From contig CAJVPI010000198.1 of assembly GCA_910592345.1 (NCBI GenBank), positions 1 to 43,412 on the forward strand: a DNA stretch of 43,412 nt, in the 5' to 3' direction. The position numbers were made by a program, and so were the translations under genes. This DNA is from Paraglomus brasilianum. Lineage: Eukaryota. How positions within the stretch are numbered: the stretch's first letter is position 1; each line of letters starts with the position of its first letter. Shown here piece by piece: positions 1 to 11,438 of this stretch. Under the pieces are notes generated by a model. That model searched no databases. It saw nothing but the letters and a program-made list of their open reading frames with translations, and was not told the origin of the DNA.

Positions 1-1395
1 TCTGATTTATTCGCGGTTCACTGTAGGGATAACGAGACCGACGATCAGCTAAACGGTATTTAGGATAGTTAAACCACTCGATGTAATAAGGTGTATTATA
101 TATGCTAGAATAGATATACTGTAAGCATAAGCTATTTATCAAATTATTTATTTGTTAATTATATATATGCTTTCTTTATTAAGGATTTATTGGCTAGTAA
201 CAACACCGTTAGCAGGTGTGGCTAATAAAGACGGCAAATAACCTGCTCAAATATAATATCTTTTTGCCTAGTTTGTTTGACAAATAGCAGTTAAACCATA
301 ACACATAATTTCCGTGTAATATTATTTGTGACGATAGTAAAATTTCGTAGAATTTGATTTGTTGTGACGCGTAATATTAATGATTATATAATACAACATA
401 GTTTTCGTTCGCGTCTTTCCTCTGAAGACTTTAGTTCGATTAAAGATTAATTCGTTTTAAATTTTGACTTTACTTCATCGCTTCGCTTGTTAAGAATGTC
501 TTATGAAATCAAATTATTTACAATGACAATACTGTTTCGGGGGGGGGTTTTTTTTTGCCCGTGCAGCCGAATTGTATATTGTAAACCATCCTCTCTTGAG
601 AATACACGATTGAACGTTTATACGTTGTGATACCGCAACGATAATTATGACCTATTTTTCTGCGCAGCTCCGACGGTAATACGATCGACGTCAAGAAACC
701 GATTATTTACATCGCAAAGCTACGCGTCGCAGTAGTCAAAAAAGTTGACATGCGTGTCAGAAAAGTGAATCTGACATGAGTCCGGTCCGGATTACTGTTC
801 AAGCCAATAATTATAGCAGTTGCTAAAATTAGTACTCGAAATATATAAAAGTAGCGTAGGAGTCAGCTAGTTCATTGTGTTCGCCAGTGTTTGATTACAT
901 TTATTTCATTCCAATTCCTTAAATACTGTTAATAAGCGAGTAACTGATTATATACGATTGATATTCTATTCCCTAAATTATTCGATATAGCCATTGTAAC
1001 CACTAATTGCTTCTCAACTTGCCCAAGATTTACAATAATATCAGATATACACACTTTTAACGCAGAGAAGATCTCTTAGAGTCCTTTAATGATTGCAGCT
1101 TACTTCATTGTTATCATCTCATCTCATATGCATTAGTCCCAGTACATACAAGTGCGTTTGAAATATGGTTTGGCCTGAACAAATTCCATTCGAATCAAGA
1201 GCGTGTGTAAAAAATGTCTTTTTTTTTTTCGGACCATTTATCTCGCTAACTGTTAAATATTACAAGGCTGGGTTTCCAAAGTATTCCAAAAGTAGGAATG
1301 GCTGGCGTACCCCTTACTTGAACTTTATATCTCACCATTTATTCGCACGGCTGATTAAATTATTCATTGGTATTTGTTTGTCGTCTGCCTATTTA

Positions 1396-2259
1396 TTACT
1401 TGAGTATTAATCCGGGCGTATCCATTATATCAAGAACTTCCAAGTACTCGAACAATCTATCTCTGTCAGTCCATTGCGAATAATCGACAATATCAATACC
1501 GTTCAATACCAATGTTCTTAATAACGAACAATGCTCCAGTGTCAACTTTTTCAGCGGATCCAACCATGCGTTTCACACCGTCTTAATCTAACACTTCCAG
1601 ATGACGAAGCGCGCATAACAAATTATCAAGGCCTCTTGCCGTTATTTGTGATGCATTGATTTTACAAAGTGTCGCCATACAAGAAAGAGCCATGTTACTG
1701 AGATTTATGTCAGCCATACCCGCTGTTTCTCCCGTGTACCCCCGATACGTCTTGGGGATAACTCCAAATGTTTCAGGGTCGTAACTACTTGTGTCGGTAG
1801 CCCAAGAAAGCGAGCTGACCAACACGTATCTCAGTGCTGGAATATTCATATCCGTTCGAGTTCTGTCAGCTGCTAATGGCCATCGCTGCTTGTACATTTT
1901 GGTGGAATTGTAGACATGCCAATGATAGTGATCGCAAAGTTCTCGATGTTTGTGGTAATTCAAGTTCTACCGCCTTAACGCCAATTTGCAATGTGGTATT
2001 GTGCTTCATTCATAAACGCGACTTCACGCGTGCGGGATTTCTTGTATCGCTAAAATATAAAAAGCACAACCATTATTTGCTTTTCTTATTCGTGATATAA
2101 AAAACATACATGTTATCCAATCTAGTGCCCAAAGTATCGAATCTGGTGGTCAAAGCATTCATCGTTGTTTGGATTGTGGCGGGTAGTTTTGCGCCTAAAA
2201 AAAACATAATCAGAATTTTTTTTACGAAGTCTCTTAAGCATATTTTTTTTATTTACCAT
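1396..2259 (-). pseudogene. Degenerate leucine-rich-repeat (F-box/RNI-like) gene relic
   Basis: Minus-strand fragments read ..NASQITARGLDNLLCALRHLEVLD(L)RRCE../..LDPLKKLTLEHCSLLRTLVLNGIDI..FEYLEVLDIMDTPGL*, i.e. LxxLxL repeats broken by frameshifts and stops. There is a GTATGT..TTTTAG intron-like segment at 2109-2050. Linking 2025-2259 to the LRR part is inferred. Confidence 0.5.
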
Positions 2260-2411
2260 TGAGATAATCGAAATCATTAGAGAAAGTTTCTTTCTGTGGG
2301 ACTTGCACCCAAACGTAATCGAATTTTTACGTGACACAAACGCCTCACGCGTCTGCAGACTGTATCTCTTTTGATGACTCAGATAGATAAATATACCAAA
2401 ATTGGTTAACT

Positions 2412-2486
2412 TGCCCATAGTTCCGAGAATAAGCGCCCACTTTAACTATTACTATAGGAGGTGTTTATTTCCGGAACTATACGGTA
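2412..2486. mobile_element. Short MITE-like relic with imperfect terminal inverted repeats
   Basis: ATAGTTCCGAGAATAAGCGCC (2417-2437) pairs with GGTGTTTATTTCCGGAACTAT (2460-2480), followed by ACGG-TA. A related end sequence lies at 8239-8266. Confidence 0.4.
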
Positions 2487-5028
2487 GAACAATTCAATCT
2501 CTAGTCGCTCCAGGGCTAATAATAAATAAAGCAACTTTAAGTATGACGTCCTTATGACCCAGTTGATGCAGATGCATATAAAATAGAAGTCAATTAGTGT
2601 CAACTATTGAACTCTTAAACTTTCTTATTATACAGTATATGATCCACAAATATGTGATATCGTGCGCCCAAGATATCAATTTAACAAATAACATGATCGT
2701 GGCCTTATGAAGTTAAGTGCAACATTTAATGTCCCAACTAGTGAGACTAAAGTTACTTGACTAAGTTATCTGTACGCATTTCTTGCAATTCAACCGATGG
2801 TAGGTTTTAAATGCAAATTCAGCACATGGGCAATATTAGTATATTAAGTAGCGTCTAGCTGTCAATAGTGTGCGTATCAAGAATGATTCAACGAAGAAAT
2901 AGACTTTTGTTTGCACGCGATCTTCAAAGGTTTGAGGATATCGCCGGTCAAAAATTGAACTCGAGCGGGAATCATACTAATAACTTACACATTAAACATG
3001 GAAAAAGTTCTATTGACCTAAATCTCATCCATATTGACCCTCAGTTGTTCAAATCATTATCTTCTCCATCTAACACGCTACTTCAAAGTCTATTTACTAT
3101 AATAACTACGTTTGCTTAAACAGATTAATGTTAGAGAGAAGAGTCTTTCAGATGTGGGGAGAAGAGAAGAGTTATGGCGATATAGTGAGAGTAAAGGGTT
3201 ACTTTAAAAACTATCGAAGTGGTTTCTACTGTTCCTGATGATATATTAATTGTTTTATATAGTAGGCATTCTGGCACTTCTTCAGTAATACTAGTGGTTT
3301 GGAATTCTTTGTAACTAATACTAAGCGTAAATCGTACGTTTCTTGTTTATCTGTTAGACTTTCATATGCAATATGTCTTACACTGAAACGCGTATCTACA
3401 TATTTTCGCTTACTATCGCAGCAACACATCGTTGTAGTGGAGAATAAGTCTATCAATTCTAAGTTGTTAATATTAATATACAAGTATGCTTTTAATAATG
3501 TCTTTATTAAACCATTTGACAGGGTCGGGTCGACTCTCATTTTGCGAGATTAACATTAGGTGATCAGCAAGCCAAATTACTACGAGAATATAATTTCTTA
3601 AATGATAAATGTTCGAGTATTTTCTAATACTGTACTATTGTATAATTGGTTAATATAAAAAAGGGTTGGTCACGTGGAATTCACAACGCTACGAAATCAT
3701 GATTAGTTTTCATACTTCTAATAAAAGTCCCTCGCGATAGTAGTTTTCATACTCATTCCGAGTACTTTTCTCCAATACAAATCACTCTGATGCATTTGTT
3801 ATTTATATTTAATTATTCTATAATACAAATAATAAAGATGTTTTTATTATCACAATAGATAAATTACGTCCTGAAGGACTAATATTATATCCATTTATTG
3901 TTGGCGCAATGGTTATCCAATTACAGATGTGGAGGCTAAGCCTAGAAGAATCAAAACAAAGAGAAATGGGGATATGTTGATTGATAAGGGACAGGCATCC
4001 TCAAACCTTAATTTTCTTTTCGGAATTGCAAAAATAACTGTAGTAATACTTGCGTAACTAAAGTCAATCGGGGACATCATAGTTTTGTGGCGCTCGAACT
4101 TGAAGTAGCACATTATTAATGTCGATCATTAGCCTTTAAAGTATTAATTGTGAGACCAACCCGCCTGTTAACATCACGATATCACAATATAAACCAACAG
4201 CATATTATGTAATAGGAATGCTTCACTTGAGAAAAGGTCTACTCTTTGGTCTGGACATATCTCGAGCTTTTTTTCATATGAAAAAAAAGGCTCGTGAGAA
4301 AGTTTGATGAACTCGTGTAACTTTATTTACAAATGTTTAGACGGTGGTCACCAATAAATGAAATTCCCCAAATAGGTAGTATTGCATTGATAACGGAGAA
4401 TATTCCAAGTTAGCTCAGAAGCACACTTTTATCCTCTAATTTTCATCAAAAAATTAAAGCCCATTACAAGGTTGGGTATCTGGCCAAATAGAAGCCCGCT
4501 CATACAACTCTTTCTAACCCTTTATGGGGAATACTGACAGTGACCCGGACCATCCCTATGACATCATTACTATAAATCTAACATTGATGGTAATTGTTCA
4601 TAGTCATATTGTAGTAAATACGTAAACGTCTCTATCAGCGTTGTAATTAGTATTGTCATTGCTTTTACTCCCATAATCGGATCGATAATAATCAAAACCT
4701 GTATTTTGCTCTTTATCGCACTGCTTTTATGCCCTTCATAGCAGTGTTGGCAACCAGTTCTGTACCTGTGTAAGTGTGCCTTTTTTATTTGTTTGTGGTG
4801 CAATGTCGACAATCACTTTAAGAAAAACTAGCCCCCCAATTTATTGTATGTTTGTAATACCCAACAGGGCAAAACGTCGTTATTGTTTGCGTGCGTGCGA
4901 CATGCTTGCCCTTTATTAGACCGCTTCTCGTTTATACCGCCCTCCGTGCTTGAACTCCCACGCCACGCCTTTAGGTATTCCAGACAATAAAACCCATCTT
5001 GGCTGACCAAGACACCCCCAAAAACTCC

Positions 5029-5553
5029 ATGGCTCTCTTTACTCGGACTCTTTGCACAAGCAGTATACGCCATTTGTCTCTTTTCACCCGCCCTCTGCTC
5101 TCCACTTCTCATCGTACGTTTATCTCTTCCGCTATACCGCCTACAACTTACGAAGCTGACAAAGACTACTGGCTGCTAAAATCTACTCTCGATGATATAC
5201 GTGCCAAGTATGGCCTCTCTGGCGGTTCTCGTATCAAAGACCACAACCTCGATGCCCATTCTGATCTCGAAATCGATATCACACCTCCCGCCGATGTTAA
5301 GAAATTGGCTCAGATTAACAATTTGCTCGAGACGGCGTCAAAAGATTTCCAGTGGTTTATCTCAGAGACCGAAAACAATAACAGGGTGAACAAGAAAGTA
5401 TGGCTGGCGGAGGATGACGATATGAGTGGGAATATGGATGAAGCCATTAAAGCGTATAGGGAGAGTACAGTAATGGCAAATAGTGCGCTTCACGTGTACG
5501 ATTTGGAAGAGTCGATTGAGCAGAAACCTCCTGGATTCCAACATGTTCATTAG
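5029..5553 (+). CDS. Hypothetical 174-aa protein with predicted mitochondrial presequence
   Basis: Intronless ORF from ATG 5029, GC-richer than its flanks. The N-terminus MALFTRTLCTSSIRHLSLFTRPLLSTSHRTF is R/S/T/L-rich and lacks acidic residues, and is followed by a normal-composition acidic body. Confidence 0.75.
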   Translation: MALFTRTLCTSSIRHLSLFTRPLLSTSHRTFISSAIPPTTYEADKDYWLLKSTLDDIRAKYGLSGGSRIKDHNLDAHSDLEIDITPPADVKKLAQINNLLETASKDFQWFISETENNNRVNKKVWLAEDDDMSGNMDEAIKAYRESTVMANSALHVYDLEESIEQKPPGFQHVH

Positions 5554-7625
5554 TGCAAGATGTAAATAAGTACAAGAACAAATGTAGCGAAACCAAAATC
5601 TGTCATCTATGATCGAGCCTATACTGGATATATTCGTATTGCAAATTGATTATTTTTCACCCCTTTTTCTTGTATATACTTATGCTTTGTGTCGAATAAA
5701 GCTGTTGTTGTTAATTCTATACATGATCTGCATGATCTTATGACCAGCTGCAAACTAAAATATGTCAATGAATATTCTATAAAATCGAATGTATGTTACA
5801 CTAGGCTTCAAACAATCGCTATTATTGTATTGTCGATATCCGGAAAAAAGAGTCATATTTGGACAGCTATTATGTTCATTATCATTATGTAAATTTTTGC
5901 AAGGCAAATAACAATGACTATCAAAGAACCAACTTGAGATAGTGCTTCGCACGTGATGAAAATATTTTTATGACCCCTTTTCAAAAATATTTATGCTGTG
6001 TATATGATCACCAGTCTTATCTATAGTAGTAGTTATTGATAAAGCTCAGTGATGGCATACCATTGGCATACCAGTGCTTTTAGCAATCTGAAAAGTTCAA
6101 GCCAACAATATCTAAAGATATACTGTACACAGGATCGATTAACCAAACAAGTTCCTTTAAGCGGGATTGCAAGAGCGTTAAGCTGTCAAGGGTTTTGGTA
6201 CTATTATACCGAGATCTATCTTTTTGACATAACATATGGTTCAATGAATTGAAGGAAATGTGCCAATGGGAGAGATAATTTGCCAATGGGGGAACAACTC
6301 CGATTAGTCCCTTCTTACTTTAATTATCAAGCTCAGTTAGTACGTGTATTTACACTCTTAGCTTCTAGATTGCAGGAGCTGGCCTCGATATTTTTCCAAT
6401 TGCAGATTTTATCGATTACTGGTTGGCATCCTAACCGCAATATGCCAAAAGACATACTCTATCTAATAGATTACAGCTTATCATAACAATATACCATCGT
6501 ATACTTTACGGTGTGTTTATCCACTTACAATTTTATCGTAAGAATAAGACTCTAGATGAATTGATAGCAATGGTCAATTTATCGTAGATATCCTTTTTAT
6601 CGCGTGTCAGGTGATTGCTGTGGAAGAAATTAATTCAACTTGTCTGGACTTGCACCTGAAATGACATAAGAAGCTGGAAAATCATGTCCTTTTGGGAAGG
6701 TTTGCTTGGTGGTAAAGTGTTGATGCAGGCACAATCCATATACCAATTTTACTTTGCATTTATGGATGTAAATTTTCTTATTTTTCTTAATTTTCATTAT
6801 TTTAGTAACTGAATAATAAAAGGCACAGTAGTGTTGCAATCTAAATCAACCATTCAGTAACTCTTATTCACTCGAGAAGTTTTATTTTCAATAGTAAGCC
6901 TCAGGGTCTCTTAACCTTATATTGTCCATGGCACTGACAAACTTCAGAAAAGGAATTTTCATTCTTCTTTCATCGATTAACTTGTTACTTACCTTTTGGA
7001 GACATGTAAGAATTGATATTCAAATAGGATTGTTTAATCATCACTCGTATTCGAAAATGTTCTAATTTTTAATAATCACGCGTAGTCACGGAATGCACGT
7101 GAGTGATATATTTTACTCCATCAGAGTATTGCTATCTTTTTAACCATTATATAGGGTAGTGCCCTCATCTTCCCATTCCGCAAATAAATCTCCTCACTGG
7201 CCTAGATTTTGGATCCTGCATCAAAATCAATCTATCGGTATATCGATGATCATTTTCGTAGACGTGATTCCTGTTTAATTATCCAGAAGACAATAACTTA
7301 CTTTGTTGCAAGATTAAGGCTTGTCATTTATGGGTGGATTTGGGAGGAGTTCGGATTTATCACTAACTGAATTGTCCCCGTTTGAATACTACCGAACATT
7401 TTCTCACCACAACTTGGTTCCCGATTTGATCTTCATGCCATGACCATATGATCAATTATAAATCGGATGAGTACAATTTAGTAGTAGGGATGTCTTGTGA
7501 TATCCAATTTGAAAATCTTTATTAAGTAGCTCATAAAGAACCAACCGTGTTAAACTTTCAAAGTTATGTAGGGGAGACGGAGAAATTCTAATAATAGCAG
7601 TAGCACTAGCGATAATAGTAGCAAT

Positions 7626-7950
7626 TATGGCCATAGAAAGAAAAATGCTTATGAGACTTCGTAAAAAGAAACCTGATTATGTTATTTTTCAAGCGCAACA
7701 ACGACAATCTAACTTGGACATTTCGGGACTCTTGACCACAATCCAAATAACGATAAATGCTTTGATCACAAAGTCGATACTTGGGATGGCAGATTGGATA
7801 CTTTGGAGAGCACTTGGAAGATATATCGTATATTTGGACATTAGACTGGATAACGTGTATGTTGTCTTTTTTTGTTTGTATCACGAATGAGAAAAGTAAG
7901 TAATAGTTGTACTTTTTATATTTTAGCGATACAAGAAGTTTCGCACGTGT
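7626..7950 (+). pseudogene. Diverged paralogous gene fragment (inverted copy of ~2025-2260)
   Basis: Aligns by eye to the reverse complement of 2025-2260 (ATGCTTAxGAGACTTCGTAAAAA..CTGATTATGTT; CCACAATCCAAAxAACGAT; TTTTTATATTTTAGCGATACAAGAA) and keeps the same intron-like GTATGT..TTTTAG (7857-7926). Confidence 0.6.
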
Positions 7951-8238
7951 ACTAAATTTAACATTGGCGAATCAATCGCCGCGCTTTGAGCAATGATAGG
8001 TGTGTATCCTAGCACAATTTCAACTTTATAATAATTTATAAAGGTCCAGCTATAGACCTCTTGAGGTTTTATGGATTACAAACTACTGGATCTGTCAAAG
8101 CTCGACGCATACGCGTTGCAAAATACCTTGGAGCTTGACTATTATAACCATGCGACTTATTTTTGAAGGTCACAACTTTGTGTAATAGCCAAATCATAGG
8201 TCTTACTGTGTAAATATAAACAGTCACATGGATTGGGG

Positions 8239-8266
8239 GGTGCTTATTTTTGGAACTATACGCGTA
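8239..8266. repeat. Solo TIR-like end of the same family as 2412-2486
   Basis: GGTGCTTATTTTTGGAACTATACGCGTA versus GGTGTTTATTTCCGGAACTATACG-GTA at 2460-2486. Confidence 0.35.
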
Positions 8267-10049
8267 GATTTCAACTAGTTTTTAGTGTGTTCTGATCCTT
8301 TATTTCACATACTATTATTAATAAACGAGTAGTTGTTTATACTCTGAAATACTAATAAACAATATTGATAGCTTTTCATTTGATGAATGGGTTAATACAT
8401 GTAATAGAAAGAGATGGCCTTTAATAAATGGCGAGAAAGTTAGAGATGTTTTGCTAAGAATGACGCGAAAAGCAATTGACAAATCAATAAATTAAAAATA
8501 TAAGGAAAGACTCTGAGCACTATAAGGTATTATATTTTTATTGTTATTTCTTGATATTCGTACGTTAACAAAGGGATGTACGCGTGTAGGTTTGTCTTTC
8601 GTCAATAATTGACTTATCATCGAAATTTGGTGGAGGGATGCATACCTGGTTTGGTTAGGTCTGAAAGTGGGGTGTTCGCATAAAACAAAGTTTGAGGAGA
8701 CATTTATTAAGATCGAAGAGGTACATAAAGTTTATTGATCGTTATAATTCTGTACACGTAAACATTCATCTATATCCATTCTATCAATAAATATTGGGAA
8801 GCGCAGGCGTAATTGGATAATATAAAGAAAGACCCAGAGATGATACGCGCCATCAAGTATTAAAATATATTATTATGTGTACGTATGTTATGTTATAGTT
8901 TTTTTAAACAAATTTATTCCTAGAATCGATATGCTTTTAGAAACCCCATGCTCTTTTGTTGATAGAGAAGGTAGAAAAAGAATTTGACAAAAATTGAATT
9001 TATTATAAAAGTTGCAGGCCTATATTTTCTAATGATCACAAGATTGATGATGAGCGTTTTGTTGTTAGCTTTTATAGTCGCCGGAAGATAAATTTGAGGC
9101 ACGAATATGTCACACTCAAATTTGCGACACCATTAAAAATAATTAAAGATCGCAGTAAGGCTTGAGAATGAACAAATGTATACTACTAGACAGCTATCTA
9201 ATGAACAACATTTTCGAAGAAGCAATTGAAGATTCAGCGATATTGGTTTACAATCGGCTGGTAAGTCCGTTATTAAACAAAATGCAACAATAAACGCTAA
9301 TAGTACGCTATAAGCTAATTATGTATTAGCAACTTTTTGCAATTCACTTACTTGATTAAGGATTGTACTTCAGTTTAAATGGACCAACGTTTAAATTTCC
9401 TGCAGTATTGAGGTATTACGAAGCTCATTGGAAGTTCTATATCTCTTGAAGGTAAGCCAACTGGTCTTGAGGGTTTCTGCATGGGCAGTAGTATTCTACG
9501 TTAATAATGACACTATTTTATACTAGTAAGGCTGTCAATAAGGCTAAATATTTGACTTGCAATAGTGGCAAAAATACTTACATCAAGATTATTTAAAGCC
9601 TCAACACTCTGAGATTAATTATACAACTCCCCACCATATTCTAATTACTGAAATACTGTATGACGGTGAAGAAGGAAGAATTAATTAGGAAAGAGATGGT
9701 ATCGCATATAGCTTGAGTATTATAAGTAAAGAATGGTTAGGGGGTGATCAAAGCCAATGAGAAGTTATGCTGTGAGATTGAGCCCATTGCTCCGTAATAG
9801 AAAGAAATTGCAATTACAAGAGGCTAAACAATGTCTTGCGTACTTGAAATATTATTCTACGAAAAGCTTTGTCCCAACCCAAACAAATATATAGAGATTA
9901 ACTAAATTTGAAATGTAAGGAGTTTTTGCGTATGAATTACTACTTTGCTTCATCGATGACAAGGTATATAAAATTTCGGTTAATATTTCAGGATAAAGTT
10001 TATTATTATTATGTAACATTTTTTACGAATAATAAACGTTATTATCTTT

Positions 10050-10640
10050 GGTTCAATATTTATATTTGGTAAATAACCATTTTCTACTAACGTATGGCGG
10101 ATGTACGGTAAAAGATTGCGGGTATATAGAATTTTAATAAGATCTATATCTTTCGGTTTGCTTTTTTTGATCACGATCGGTGATGTCATCTGTAATACAA
10201 ATTATTGCGATAATAATGGGTGACCCGCTAAATTCAAACGCCAATTTTAGCCTTCATTATAACCATCTAAATGCAACCCTTTGGTGCGATCTTCGAAAAT
10301 ATATCTTGTCAATTTTTCGCCTTTTGTGTGATAACATAATGGACACCATTCAAACTATTGACGTGTGCCATCTCCGCAGGAAAATAGTACATTTATTCTG
10401 CTGGTTTTTGCTAAGACATCTTTTAGCATACTTTTCCGCCTTTGCCAATTTATCAAAAACCCGAGGAACTAATTGGTTAAGTTAATTTTCTGATAATATG
10501 TGTTGAGGAGGATATTGAATCTTATCTGGGTCGACATGCATGAGTTTTTCTCTCTCAAATTCATATTCTCCATCTAGCTAGTATAAAACTGGTTTGTTCT
10601 CAGAGACAACAAATTTTGAATTGTAAATAACGTCATTTAC
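10050..10640 (-). pseudogene. Relic of an integrase C-terminal region fused to a Zn-ribbon/PD-(D/E)XK-like nuclease domain (Polinton/virus-like element)
   Basis: Collinear minus-strand fragments: [136 protein letters not shown]. Several stops, frameshifts and deletions are present. The family was recognised from motifs only. Confidence 0.6.
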
Positions 10641-11342
10641 CATTTAGCAAGTTTTGTATTTTTTTTTTTCCGTCTTTCCGAACAATTAATCTCTGAGATT
10701 TAAGCTTAACTTTTTCGAAGAAAAAAAAGAAAAAGATAATTTATTAAATTACATATTTCACGCACAATAAATAAATTTGCGAAAGTGGAAGAGAGTTTCT
10801 AATGTGGTAGATCCAGCATTCGTGCACCGAGCAAACAAATATAGAATTACTGGAGAAATTAAATCGTGAATAGACATAAATTGTACAAATGAGAGAACTT
10901 ATGCAAGAGTTAGAAAAATGCGAAAAAGAGCTAATCCGGCAAGATTATAAGGTCTTAGACCAAGAAAAATCTCAAAAATTAAATATCAGATATATGAAAC
11001 CAACTGAGATTGGTTCTCAAGGAAATAAATAAAAATGAGACAATTACAATTAGGAAAATTAACACAACGAGAAAAAAAAACTTAATCATCATTATACTGT
11101 ATTCCTAGGAACAATAGTTACAATTGAACGAGAATCAAAAATGCTCTCAAAACGACTGAGCAATGATTCAGCACAATCAATGGAAAATGCAGATAACTAT
11201 TCGTGATTGCGGGGGATGACAGGATGTTAATGCAGATATGTTAGTTGGATGGCACATAATATAGAGGATGTACGCCTTCTTTGCAATAGATTTAAAAGGT
11301 GGGTCAATCACGTGTAAAACTATATCAAAAATATACATGGAA

Positions 11343-11438
11343 GTGTTGCGTCTGAGTTTGGGACCTGTCTCAGTTCAGAACCCAGTTACTCAATCTAGAA
11401 CTCAGAGCTGAGACAGGTCTCCAACTGAGGTACAACAC
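11343..11438. repeat. 96-bp hairpin (34-bp imperfect inverted repeat), MITE-like
   Basis: GTGTTGCGTCTGAGTTTGGGACCTGTCTCAGTTC (11343-11376) versus reverse complement of 11405-11438, GTGTTGTACCTCAGTTGGAGACCTGTCTCAGCTC. Confidence 0.7.

Noticed and set aside
22..205. Solo LTR (TG...CA, AT-rich)
   Set aside because: No target-site duplication, partner LTR, PBS or PPT.
2990..3125. Possible non-LTR reverse transcriptase relic (KHGKS..QLFKSLSSPSNTLLQSLF); a similar hint at ~25160-25240
   Set aside because: Too short and degenerate, and no catalytic YADD-type motif is seen. It would need tblastn against LINE RTs.
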